A stretch of 64,000 nucleotides of DNA, from NCBI GenBank assembly GCA_028534125.1, contig CM052816.1:38318001-38382000 (forward strand), written 5' to 3'. Positions 10,921-23,270 of the stretch are shown here, piece after piece. The position numbers and the translations under genes were made by a program. Numbering within the stretch: position 1 is the stretch's first letter; the number at the start of each line of letters is the position of its first letter. This stretch comes from Lama glama (Eukaryota). Below the pieces are notes generated by a model. It was not told the origin of the DNA and searched no databases. It saw nothing but the letters and a program-made list of their open reading frames with translations.

Positions 10921-13900
10921 GTTGCTGAGTGTCTTGTTTTATTTGGCTTTATTTAAACCACTATGCAGCATTAACTGCCATTAAGTGGTGTGCATATTAG
11001 TTACTGGAAAGAAACATAGAGAAGCAATTTGCCTCATTTATGTATGGTTTCCTATATATTTTGGCACACTTTGGATATGACTTTGGAGAGAAAAAAGATA
11101 AGCTTCACTTTAAATTGTCTAAAGTGCTATGTTTATTTTTAAAAATTTTAAACATGAATGCTCTCAGGTCATGATCAGCAGATCTGACTTCCTCTTTTCC
11201 TTGTAATGCTGCCAAATGGAAGGTATGACAGATGCATACTGAAGAATATCTATTTCAATAGTAAATGTGTCATCTCATTCACAATTTTGTGGCAATCGAT
11301 CTTTTAGAAGTATATTCCACTATTTGTTATGCTTCCTCAATTACAAGAACAGCTTGAAAGTCTCACATTTCAACAGGGATTTCTCCTCAGTTTCCTCTCG
11401 GGCACCGCCACTCTTCCCTTGCCTTCTGTTCTTTTCAAGCTTGTTCTGTTCATCCTCTTGTCACAGCCATTTGCTGTTAGTCAAGAGGCTGACTTATGAC
11501 ATCTGTCATCCCAAATCTGCCTGAGAGCAACATAATTAGGGATTTCTCAGGATTAAAGTTCTCTCTTGAATATCTAAATATATGCACTTCAGTATTAAGT
11601 GTTTATTTTGCAGTTAGCATGACTGCAGGCCAGCCGGCTTCCTCGCTGCGCTCCTTCATCGAGTATATGCTAACTGATACTTGAAAGTGCTCTGAACTTC
11701 ATAAAAGTGTGGCCTTAAGACTTTAGCTGCCACTTAGTCCTGCAGTGAGCAAACACACCTACTTCACACACATGACTTCAGCTGAACCAGGCTACAGCAG
11801 CAAGCACTGTTCTTGAAGCTAAGGGATAACCGGCAAATGTCCAGGTTAATAAATACCTTCTGTGATCCTTCTTAAAGCTGCTTTAAAATGAGTCTGGTTG
11901 GATCTGCTGCCTTTTATTTAAAAGCGCTCTATTAAGTGTTTTAAGATTTGGAGAGTTCTCTGTTCTTCCCTGTTACACTTATGATCTGTATGCTCCAAAC
12001 AACTCACTGTAAAAGAACTTGGGGATATTCAAAAACTATGCCTATACTTACACTGGTGTAAGTATTTTCATTATAAAAAGCTGAGTTTGGTTAAATTATT
12101 TTTTTCCCTGAAAGATCCATGGATATGTGGCACAAAAATCACAAATCACATTTGCATTTCATTTTCAAATTAGTTGTTTCATTTTTTGAACAGACACTCA
12201 AGGTCACAGCCCTAGGAAAGCTTTTCAATATGTGATGTGCTTCTATCTGTGCCTTGGAGACCATAGAAAAGGATCTTTTCTCAGACTTCAATTTAAATAA
12301 TATTCTGAGCACCCCAGCCTGTCTCCCCTAAACCAAATATACCTGCCAATAATGTTGAGGGACAAGTATTTCTCATTTAATTTTAAGTAGATTGCTTTCA
12401 AATTTAGAGATGAACTGAAAAAATTTTTAATTAAATTCTTAAAACACACACACAAGAGCAGAGGGGGTATGCAAAACACACACTTGGAATTTACGGTTTT
12501 CCAGAATAAAAGAAAGAAAGTTTTATAGGGCGTATAGAGAGAAACAATTCAGAATTGGAGGGGGCTGATGGAGGCTAGTGTCAGCAAAAGAAGAGAAACC
12601 TAAGAAGAAAAAAATCAAAATTTCCTTCTCATCCTCAGAAAAGGGTGCTGTGCATAAAACACTGTTAGGAACACTATTATGTTATCAAAGCAGGTTAGCT
12701 TATCTTCAGAACATGAGCATTCCATGACCTACTAACCTCATCATATTGTTAAAAGGAACCAACTTTTGTCCCCCCAAAAAGCTGATTTTTTTTCCTGTAT
12801 GACTATCACATTATCTAGAAGATTCTCTGAATTTCACTGAAAATTCAAATCTTTGTAAATTTTATCCCATCAAAAAATTAACTTAAAAGCTATAGATGCT
12901 TCTTCCTTTGTGTTTTCTAATTCAAATCTCTTTCTGTAATAAAGAACACACACCCTTGGAAAATTGGATGTTTGTATAGACACACCAGGAGAGAATTATA
13001 AGAATCTACATTTTAAAGGCAGTGACTCTAAAAATTGACAGTGATTTGCATTAGAATAAAAAAGACAAAAGATCAATGAGAACGCTGGGAAGAAGAAGAA
13101 ATAGCAAGGATTCATTATTAGCCACAAAATCAGTATATAACCTGGGCTTCAAAACCCTGACGAAGTATAGGGGTATTTCAAGCTATCGTCTCCTGTAGGT
13201 TTTAACATATTTAGCTAAGAGCTGTCCTATCAGATCTATAAAGAGAATAGCAGTAAAAACAGCATTATTCTTTCTTTATGGTTATGCATGGAGCTGACAG
13301 TGCAATTTGGCAGTACTGGATGTTTACATTTTCTTCTTCCAAAAGAAATGCGTGATTAAATGCGATGTCTGCCTCTGACCAAATTTTTCAAAATAGTTTT
13401 GAACAAAACAATATATACTGTCTGCCATCACTGCTTATATTTAAGAAACACAGTTTAGTACACTGGATAGGGTGGAGTGAAAAGAAAGACGAAAAACAAA
13501 ATGGCTCTTGAAGTTAAAAGAATACACAAAATTCCTTTGAAGTTGCATTGCTTGTTATTAAGGGATATTGTGGGCTTATCAGAAAGATACCATATATGAA
13601 ATTTATGCGTATATTTGGATTTTAGGGATTCTGTGTTCATTAGAACAAGTCATTAAGTATTAGCTACAACAAAGCAATCTGTCCCATTGAATTGCTTCAT
13701 ACCAGAAAATGTTGATGGTAGAAATATAAGTCTCTTAAAAAAAAAAACAGTTGCAGTTACTAGAGATTAATTTCGTAAGTAAGAAAAACATCAATTATAA
13801 AAATATAAAATTTAATTCATTTATTCAAGATATATGCAGTGGAGTCTAACACAAGGCACTATTTCTGAGCACTGGGAATTCGGCAGTGAACGAAGTCAGC

Positions 13901-14331
13901 AAACATCCTTTCCCTGAAGGGTTTACAAGCTTTTGGAGGAGGAAGACAGTAAGTAAGACAGGTAAGAAAATATATAGATTTTAAGATACTGATAAATACT
14001 AAGGGGAAGTGGAATCAGAAATGTAGTTAGAGAAAAAGGGTTTAAAGTGGTAAGCAGAGTGATCTGAGGGGAACTTACTGAGCATCTCAGAGACTATAAG
14101 AGCAAATGTTAAGTGAGGAGGCCAGATTGGCTGGGGCAGAGGGAGCAAAGGAGAAATTCTAGGAGGTGAGGTAAGAGGCAACTGCCAGCCACACACGTAT
14201 GACCTTCGAGTTCGCCGTGAGGACTGTTTATCAGGTATGAGGGTTTTAAGCAGAAGACTGACACTCTGGCTTCTATGCTGAGAGCAGGTGCAGGAGGGAA
14301 AAAGAAGATGAAAGGGAGACTAGTTGAAAAG

Positions 14332-15189
14332 TGTCCCAGATAGCTGGCTTCTGTCCTTCCAGACGTACTCTCCCCTCTCTTCACCCTTTTCTCTGCCCTG
14401 AGCAGCTGACCTGTGGGTACTGTACCAGCAGAACTCCCAGGAACCTGGGAGGAGATCAGAGGGAGGAAGAAGAGTGAGGTTGGCTATTTCTCTGGCTTTA
14501 CTTCGTGAGTTGCCTATGACTGGTTACATTATTCAATGAAAGGTCGCTGATCCTTTCAAATCTGCAAAATTTACTGGACTCTAAACTTTGGGGTTCTTCC
14601 CACTCTCCTCATTTGTATTAGTTTCCTAGAACTGCCATAACAAAGCACCACAGACTGAGTGGCTTAAATAACAAAATTTATTGTCTCACAGTTCTGAGGC
14701 CAGAAGCGTAAAACCAAGGTGCAGTGAAGGAAAATCTGTTTCGTAATTCTCTCCTCATCTCTGGTACACTCAGGTGCTCCTCAGTTTATAGGTGGTACTG
14801 CTCTTGTGTATTTACATTGTCTTCCCTCTGTACATGTCAACTCTATGTCCAAATTTTCTCATTATATGAGGATACCAGTCATACTGGAGTACAACCCACC
14901 CTAACAACCTCAACTTATTCATCTGCAAAGATCCTATTTCCAAATAAGGAATATTTCCAAAAAAGTACATGCACAAGCACTGGTGTTAGGACTTCAATAT
15001 TTTGGGGGGACACAATTCAACCCACAACATTATTTTTCCAGGCTCACAAATGAAAATAACCTAGCTGGCACTAGTTCCAGTTCTGGTTTTCTTAACACTC
15101 ATACTTCTGAAAAATTTCTTTGTAAGCAAACTTCTTAATGATCATATTTGAGTATGACATCTGTTTACTGCTGGGAGCCTAATTATGTA
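14332..15189 (+). mobile_element. LTR33-like ERVL solo LTR, split by an MLT1 insertion
   Basis: ctgccctg..gctgacctgtgg..ggagatcagagggaggaagaagagtgaggttgg; end tttgagtatgacatctgtttactgctgggagcct. Confidence 0.7.
14614..15029 (-). mobile_element. MLT1B/C-like MaLR solo LTR
   Basis: tgtattagtttcctag..ccataacaaagcaccacagactgagtggcttaaa ... ggggggacacaattcaacccacaaca; flanks tcatt/ttatt (5-bp TSD, one mismatch). Confidence 0.85.
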
Positions 15190-16179
15190 AGAGGCTGTAC
15201 AATAAGAGAAACAAGGGTAGCTTGCACCAGGATGCTGGTAACAGCAGCTATGAGATGAGGCCACCAATCTGGATATAAGTTTAAGATAGGCAACAGGATT
15301 TGCTAAAGAACTTAAGATGAGATATGACAGAATAAGGCCATGACTTCTGACCTGAGTAATTGGAAGAATAGTGTTGCCATGTACTGAGATGCAGAAGGCT
15401 GTGAAAAAAAGCAGTTGAGGGGAAGTATGATACAAGAAACTCAGTTTTGAATATGTGAAGTTTGAGATTCTCATTAAAAGAGTGACTGGGATATATGTGT
15501 TTGGAATTTACATAGACTACCTTTGGGAATCATCAGCATACAGACAGCAAATTTAAAGCCATTAGGCTGATTGAAAATCAGCAAAGGATTAAGTACAGAC
15601 AGAAAAGAGATACAAAGGACTAACTCTTGGAACTCTAAAGTTTACAGAGAAAAGAGCAGCAACCAATAACGCTGACTAAGAATGAAAAGCCATAAAAACA
15701 GAAGGAAAATCAGGCATCTGGGGGTCAGAAGAGAAATGGAAAGACTTTTCAGGGAAGAGAGTGCTCAACTGGATCAAACACTGCTTGTGGGTCAGGTGAG
15801 TTCTGAGACTGATGATTAGATTTAATTAAAATGTATGGAAATGAGCCAGAGGTGGAGGCAGGGAGCACAGGTGCAGTCTTGCATGGGGCCCAGTTGGCAT
15901 GGCAGACAATTATGGAATTAATGTAAGAAGGGTTAAAACACCTGTGTCACATGTCATCTTATCGGGATATGTGTCTTAGTGGAGTTCATCTTACGCCATT
16001 TCAAAACTTAATTATTAACTTTAACTTAGCGGTGGTTTATCCAAAGGATTGGAATTGGCAGGAAGGGGATTTATAATTTGATTACTTTACAAAGGCCTAC
16101 ATCATTGAGATGTTTTAAAAGGAACGTGTGGTATTTTTATAATCAAAATGAAAAGAACACATTCCGAAACACAGGTAGC

Positions 16180-16560
16180 ACTGAGCAGCTTCCAGTGTGA
16201 CAGTATGGGAAGCTCTACTGACTGGTGGCACTAGTGAAAATTATTTATTAAAAACAAACACTTAGAGCATCTGGAAATGGAACTAAGGGCAAACAGAAAA
16301 TGAAGAAACATCTAGTCAAGAATATCTATGAAAATGTAGAAAGGAAGGCAAGAATCTGACATCTGAACCAAGACATCTCCCCCCTTCCACTCTCCCAGAG
16401 AGCAGAGGCTGTAGTCCAGATGACTGCCATCGAGAACACAGGGCTTCCACTCTCCCAGCTCCCAGCCCAAGCCTGGCCAGAGAGAAGCCGAGACTTCAAC
16501 TTTCCTCATCCTGCCCCCGGAAGCCTGCTATTGAGGCTACTCCTAGGCAACTGGGTGTGA
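16180..16560 (+). mobile_element. Old L1M 5'-UTR fragment
   Basis: ctggaaatggaactaagggcaaacagaaaatgaagaaacat resembles L1MC/MD 5' ends; internal repeat cttccactctcccag occurs twice. Confidence 0.55.
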
Positions 16561-17357
16561 AACAGCATGTTTAAACACATCTTTCTTATGAAGACAACCA
16601 ATTTCACTTTAGAATTATGAAAAAATATATTTTTTCTGCTTTTTTCCCCCAAAAGATAGACTATGTTGCATTCTGATCACAGAATTCACAAGTATAAAAG
16701 GCTCAGCTAGTCAGTTGACTTGAACAAGAACATGTTATCATGTATGAATAACGTACAGTTAATGTGATTCAGAAGCACATACTTTCTATATGAAAATGTT
16801 ACTATTACTACCTCAGGAATAGTGTAAATGTGCATTTATTTTTTTAAACACAAAGTACCTTCTCCTCCAGAAAATCAATCAGTAAACAGATTTAAGGCAA
16901 AAATCAAACTACATTTCTGAGCCTTTTTTCCCTATCTCCAAAATACTACCCAGGCTCTATTATAAACCCCCTATCTGTTTCTGATTATTTTTATCAACAT
17001 CACAGTATATTAGAAAGCCCTTTCTCTTGGGAATTCTCTTCAGCTTTCATTCACATCTTTACCCACTTCCTATTTCTTCTTAGGCATTTGTCAACTTCAC
17101 TGAAACATGTTTGCTATTTATGTTCACATCCTTCTGTAAAGACTTACAATTTATCATTCATTTTTCAATTCTTTATACACATATAGTTGGACAACCAGCT
17201 CCAACCACCCTGACTTATGTAATAAATACACATCTTAGGGTATTTCGATGTGAAATGGAGATATTGGTATATACAGACCACAAGACTCGTCATTTAAATA
17301 TTTCATATTACTCAGGAATATATTATACTGTTGCCAATGAGGTAGATGGAAGAGACT

Positions 17358-17452
17358 AACTCACCAAATACTTATTTAGTACCTGCTGCACTAGGCTATG
17401 GGCATATATGAGTAAGACAGGTGTGGCTCCTGCTCTCTTAAACCTTAGAGTA
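17358..17452 (-). mobile_element. L2 3' fragment
   Basis: caaatacttatttagtacctgc..ctaggctatggg..gagtaagacag..cctgctctc. Confidence 0.55.
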
Positions 17453-17782
17453 TCGAAAACATTTTTTAATCATTCACATGCATTCAAGAGGGAGGATCAG
17501 AGAGGATAAGTGCATTACTTATTCAAGGTACTCAATTACCGATGGTGGAACTCACACAGTTTAACTCCCTCCAAAATTAATTTTCAAATAATTGTTATAT
17601 GTTGCCCTATTTTACAGAATAATCTCCACATGCATAAATAGATAAACCAGAAAGGTTTAAAATTAAGAACTACTGTTCTTAAGGTAAGTTAAAAATCAGT
17701 TAAAGTTAATTATTAACATGAAGAACTCAAGGGTTTAGAATAAAAAAAAAAGTTGTAGTTTGAGTATGTTTCCCCATAATGA

Positions 17783-17932
17783 GCTTTGTGGCTCTAAGTT
17801 ATTTAACCCTCTCAACTCTGTTTCCTCATCTATGTAAAATAGAAGCAATAATATGCACTTGATAGGTTATTGTGGGCAGTGACATAATATACTGAAAGAA
17901 CTTAGCAGAGTAAATATTCAAGGGATATTAGC
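17783..17932 (+). mobile_element. MIR SINE
   Basis: aagttatttaaccctctc..ctctgtttcctcatctatgtaaaat, MIR core. Confidence 0.75.
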
Positions 17933-18007
17933 AAATTTGTTGCACATAAAAATATTCATGGAAGGCTTCAGTCATTTTCTTTTTCTCATCATCCACTTTA
18001 ATGGAAC

Positions 18008-18240
18008 TATGGTAGAGACAGAAATGGACCCACAAAAATGTCCACATCTAGTTCCCCAAATCTGTGAACATGTTATCTTAAATGGCCCAAAGGACTCTGC
18101 ATATGTAATTAATTTAAGAACCTAGAGATGGGGAGATCATCCTGGATTATCCAGGTGGGCTCAGTGTCCCACAGGTCCTTATAACAGGGAGGCAAGAAGG
18201 TCAAAGTCAGAACAAGGAGGTGAGGCAATGAAAGCTGATG
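18008..18240 (+). mobile_element. MLT1D-like LTR fragment
   Basis: ctgtgaacatgttatctta..agatggggagatcatcctggattatccaggtgggctca. Confidence 0.8.
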
Positions 18241-18384
18241 ACAGAAAGCCGCTGGGTCACACAACTATTGAAGAGAAATACAAAGAAAATATGAAACAAA
18301 AACAAACTTTCATTTCATTGTAATTGGGTACAATGGAATTTCACAAATTAAAGGCTTTTATTTAGAGTAAGAATTCATATGTAG

Positions 18385-18570
18385 TGACACTCTATTTTAG
18401 GCACAGTTCTAAGTGCAGTGACAAAATTTATCATTTATTATTCCCAATGAGACAAAGCAGTATGAAGTAGAAACTATTATTATTTGGTAATAACCGAGGG
18501 AGAATTCAGGCATGGAAGAAAACCTACTCAGTATCATGCACCTAGTAATGACACAGCACAGATTCAAGCT
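18385..18570 (-). mobile_element. MIR SINE (degenerate)
   Basis: aggcacagttctaagtgc ... tcatgcacctagtaa..agattcaagc. Confidence 0.5.
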
Positions 18571-19444
18571 AGTAAATAACCAGACTAGTGAGACATCCTT
18601 CTCACATTTAACATAGCAAAACTGTAAATATCAGTCACACATTGGTGTGAATCAGTGTGTCTAATTGCTTTCTAGATAATAGCTATGGAATATTAGTACA
18701 GGAGAAACAAACACATCTGATGTATGGAGAGTAGGTTAGCTTGTGTTACTTATAAATTATATGGCTGAGTATGTTGAGTATATGTGGAAACAGACATTAA
18801 AAAATAGTTAAAAGGGAAGATCTAAAATATAGGTAGACATATGTTAAAAACAAGCTTCCATTTTCCTTTTAAAGTTTCCCAAGGTTGGCCAGGCCTCCAT
18901 AACTAAGATAAAAAATTTCTCTTTTAAATAAAATCCACCTGTTTTCTGGTCTCATATCCCAAGCCTTTACCTCGTATTCTACTTTAACAACATTTGAACC
19001 ATTCATAAGACCACAAAGGTAGCAAAGATGTTTGTTACACTTTAAAGTAACATGATAAATATGTTTCTACCATATTTCAGCAGTGTACAATCTGGTTTTG
19101 AACAATGTCTTAGGGCCCATACTTGACTAGCTGATGTTGCTTTTCTAGATTATTTGCATGGAACATCCAATTTTAAGTTATTATCAGACTGCTTCCATGT
19201 TTCATAGACATTTACTTTGATTCTTTTTATCTCATAATGCTGATGGAGCCCTGTTGTAAGGATTGCTAAACCAATTATATTGTCAGGAATGATGATAGTT
19301 AACAATATTCTCGATTCTATTTGTGCATGGCCCCTCCTGATGAAAAATCATTTTGACTCAAAACATAATTAAAATCTGTTACTGCATCATAAAGGAAGAA
19401 ATAAAGTTACTTTTCAAGTAAGTAGGTTCTTAAGAGAACCAGAT

Positions 19445-22400
19445 GATATTAGCGAAAATGGCAGAGTAAGAATCTCCAAAAATTCTCTTCCACAAATAAG
19501 CAATTCAAATCTATAAAAAATCTTTAGAATCAACATTTTCAGAACTTCAGAAATTAGCCAAAACTTTCAGGAGTAGACTGTTTGAAAAAGAAAAACAGCT
19601 GAATTTCAGTAATAGTGAGGTTTGTGGCATTTTAACTTCTGCTAATCACAACACCAACTCTGCATCTTGGTAGTCTTAGAAACTACCAGTGTGAAACCAC
19701 AATGAAAATCATCAGCACGGCAGCCAACAGAGGGGGCCGAATAGAGCTGGAGCTCCTGCAGAGCCCCATTTCCAGAGAATCGTCAGTATCTGACCCGTCC
19801 AGTGATTCCCTAGAAGACCTCACTTGAAAAACCATCTTTATTTGACCTCACTCTGAGCTAACCCAATGTGAAAAGCATTCCCCTGGGGTATGTGTTGAAA
19901 AAATTACAGGTAAAACTATTTAACTTTCAAGCTCCTTGGTGTAGTAGACAAAAATTGGGGCAAGCAAAAGACAAACCAAAACCTTAAAAGGAAAACCTAT
20001 CAAATTAGATGTCCACAGGGTCTTTGCAAAGTCCCAACATATTCCTGGGAATCTAGAAGGCCATGTGCATTCATAGCCTTGTACATACACCAAGGACTCT
20101 GCACATGCTCCAGACAGACCTGAGAGGGCCCTAACATCTCACCACCTCTGGATGACCTGAAGGCTCTGTTCAAGCAGTAAGTGAAGGCTAAGGTGGATGT
20201 TTCAACTGTGTGGAAGACGTGCCTCAATACACACAGAGCGCCACTCTCAGCAAAGACAGAGACAATGATTGGTTTCAGGTGTTTAATAAAATCTTTCCAA
20301 ACATTAGTTGCCATTGAAGCTAAATGAGTAGAGACTCCAGTAGTGGCACAGGATAAAGAATGCAGACTTCACAGAATTAGTTCAGAAAAGTCACTGAAAA
20401 TCAGCAACAACAATAAAACCTGGCAGCAGGAGGTAAGTGGGGATTTCATTTCCAGAGTTGCCACACTGTATTACTTAAAATGTCCAGTTTTCAACTAAAA
20501 ATTGCCTTGAATAGAAACAAGAAAGATACAGACATTTTTGCAGTAAGAAAAAAGCAACCATAGAAACTGCCCCCAAGGGAGCCTAGACAGTGTACTTACT
20601 AGGTAGAGAATTTAAATCAACTATTTTAAATAAGTTCAGAAAGTAAAGGAGTCCATGTCTAAAGAAATAAAAGACAATGTGACAACAATGTTTCACCAAA
20701 TAGCAGTAAAGACATAAAAATTAGAAAAAGGATTCATATAGAAATTCTGAGGTTTAAAGGTAAAATAGCCAAAATGAAATCTTCACTGGGTGGAGAGCTA
20801 AAACGAAGACTTGAGCAGGTAGAGAAAAAAATTCAACAAACTTGAATATAGGGCAATTTAGGTTATCCAGACTGATGAAGAGAAAGAAAAAAGAATTTTA
20901 AAAAATGAACTGAGTCTAAAAGACCCATCAGAGACTGTCAAGCATGTCAGTATGTGCATAATGGGAGTACCAGAGGAAAGGGGAGGGAGAAAGGAGAGGC
21001 AAGAATATCTGAAGAAGTTTTCAAAATGTAATGAAAAATATGAACATACTTCCAAGAAACCCAACACATTCCTAGTCTGAAAAACTCAGAGATCTACAAC
21101 TAGGCATATCATAATCAAACTGTCAAAAGCCAATTACAAAGAGGGAATCCTGAAAGAAGTGAGAAGAGACTTATTCTGTACAATGGATCCTCAATAAGAT
21201 TAACAGCTAACTTCCCATCAGAAACCTTGGAGACCAGAAGGCAGTGGGAAGATACACTGATCATGCTGAAAGAAAAACAAAATCTATCAAAACAAGAATT
21301 CTGTATCCAGCAGAACAATTATTTAAAATGAATAAAAAAGTGAAAATTTAAAAATATACAAAGGCTGAGAAAAATTTTCACTCAGCCTTGCATAATAGGA
21401 AATATTAAAGAAAGTCCTTCACACTGAAATGAAAGGACATTAGAGAGTAATTCAAATGAAAATGGACTCTTACTTCTCATTATATACAAAAACTATTCAA
21501 AATGGATCAACCATCTAAATGTAATATATAAAACTATCAAACTCCTAGAAGAAAATAGGTCCAAGTACTCATGACCTTGAATTACTTACTGGTTTCTTAG
21601 ACATGCTATCTAAAACACAAGCAACCAAAGAAAAAGCAAAGAAATTGAACTTTATCAAAATATAATACATTTGCATCTCAAAGGATACTACAAAAAAAGT
21701 GAAAGGATACTCACAGAAATGGAGAAAACATTTACAGATCATGTTATCAGCAGATGTATCTAGACATGATATATCTCAGTGTTATATATAAAAATCTATC
21801 ATATATCTAGTATCCAGACTATTTAAAGAAAACTTATGAATCAATAATAAAATAAAATAACCCAGTCAAAATGTGAGCAAAGGATATGAATAGACATTTC
21901 TTCAAAGAAGATACTACAAATGCCCAATACACACTTAAAAAGATGATCAACATCATTGGTCATTAGGAAAATGTAAATAAAAAATGAGTAGGATAGCTAT
22001 AATCAAATAGAAAATATTAAGCATTGGCAATGATATGAACTAACTGGAACCCTGATACATTGCTGGTGGTAATGCAAAATCATAGAGCTGTTTTGGAAAA
22101 CAGTTTGGCAGTTTCTCAAAAAGTTAAACATAGGGTTGCCATATGACCCAGGAATTCTATTCCAATTCTATTTCTATGTATATATTCAAGAGAACTGAAA
22201 CACTAAGTTCACACAAAAAAAGTGTTCATAAATGTTAACAGCATTATTATTTAGACTAGCACCAAAGTGAAAACAACTCTAATGTCCATCAATTAATAAA
22301 TAATAAAACAAATGTGTGTGGTTAATTTTGCATGTCAACTTGACTAAGCCAAGGGATGCTTAGATATGTGGTTAAAGAATATTTCTGGGTGTGTCTGTGA

Positions 22401-23270
22401 GCATGTTTCCAGAAGAGCTTAGCATTTGAATTGGACTGAATAAAGCAGGACGCCTTCCCCACTGTGCATGGACACCATCCAATCTTGCACAGAAATGATG
22501 AAGGAAGGTTGAATTCTCACTCTGTTCTTAGGCCTTCACACTGTAATGGAATCTATATCATCAGCTTTCTGGCTCCCAGGCCCATAAGCTACACTACCAG
22601 CTTTACTGGGTCTCCAGCAGAAAGCATGTCGTAGGACTTATCCTCTATAATCACATGAAATACTGTATAATAAATCTCTTTTATATATGTTACTTATATA
22701 TTTCTATATGTTATTCATTATGTGTATTATTATATACCTATCATATATACATATATATTCATTATATGTGTGTGTACAGGAATATGTATTGGTTCTGTGG
22801 TTCTGGTTCTCTGGAGAATCATAACTAATACAATGTGGCAAATCCATACAACAGAGTATTATTTACCCCCTAAAAAAATGAAGTACTGATACACACACAA
22901 AATGAGTAAACCATGACAACATTATGTTAAGTGAAAGAAACCAGACATAAAAGGCCACATTTTCAATATGCTCAAATTTGGCTAGATGATTCAAATAATA
23001 AAATGTCCTGAATTCAAATAATAAAATGTCCATAGAGACAGAAAGCAGATTAGTGACTAGCAGGGTTTGTGGAGAGGTGGGAATGGGGAGTGACTGATAA
23101 TGGCTACAGGGTTTCTTTTTGGAGTGGAAATTTATCTGGAATTAAACAGTGGTAATGGTGCACAACCCTGTGAATGTACTAAAAAGTGCTGAATTGTATA
23201 TTTGAAAGGAATATATTTTATGGTATGTATATTACATAAAAGAGAAAAAAATTATAAATAAATATTAAAA
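19445..23270 (+). mobile_element. L1MB-type LINE-1 with 5' UTR, degraded ORF1, a large ORF2 deletion, late ORF2 and 3' UTR
   Basis: Start aaaatggcagagtaaga; ORF1 text (aataagattaacagctaacttcccatcagaaacc, caagaattctgtatccagc); late ORF2 (gaatagacatttcttcaaagaagata); L1MB 3' end (catagagacagaaagcagattagtg..gggtttctttttgg). Confidence 0.88.
22317..22832 (+). mobile_element. MLT2-family ERVL solo LTR inserted in the L1
   Basis: tgtggttaattttgcatgtcaacttgact ... ctctggagaatcataactaataca; TA-rich internal tract; TSD atgtg at 22312-22316 and 22833-22837. Confidence 0.88.

Larger units (their letters stand above)
13815..15830 (-). mobile_element. L2 LINE (3' portion), split by an LTR33 insertion
   Basis: Begins attcatttattcaa (L2 tail); gggagactagttg at ~14320 continues as agaggctgtacaata at ~15190; typical L2 text such as aggatttgctaaaga and tgtgaagtttgagat. 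Confidence 0.8.

Noticed and set aside
11300..11460. Charged minus-strand reading EDEQNKLEKNRRQGKSGGAREETEEKSLL
   Set aside because: Bounded by in-frame stops with no good splice sites; explained by purine-rich composition
22989..23031. 20-bp tandem duplication attcaaataataaaatgtcc (similar short duplications near 4440, 35317, 38121, 45253)
   Set aside because: Ordinary slippage duplications with two copies and no spacer array; not CRISPR-like
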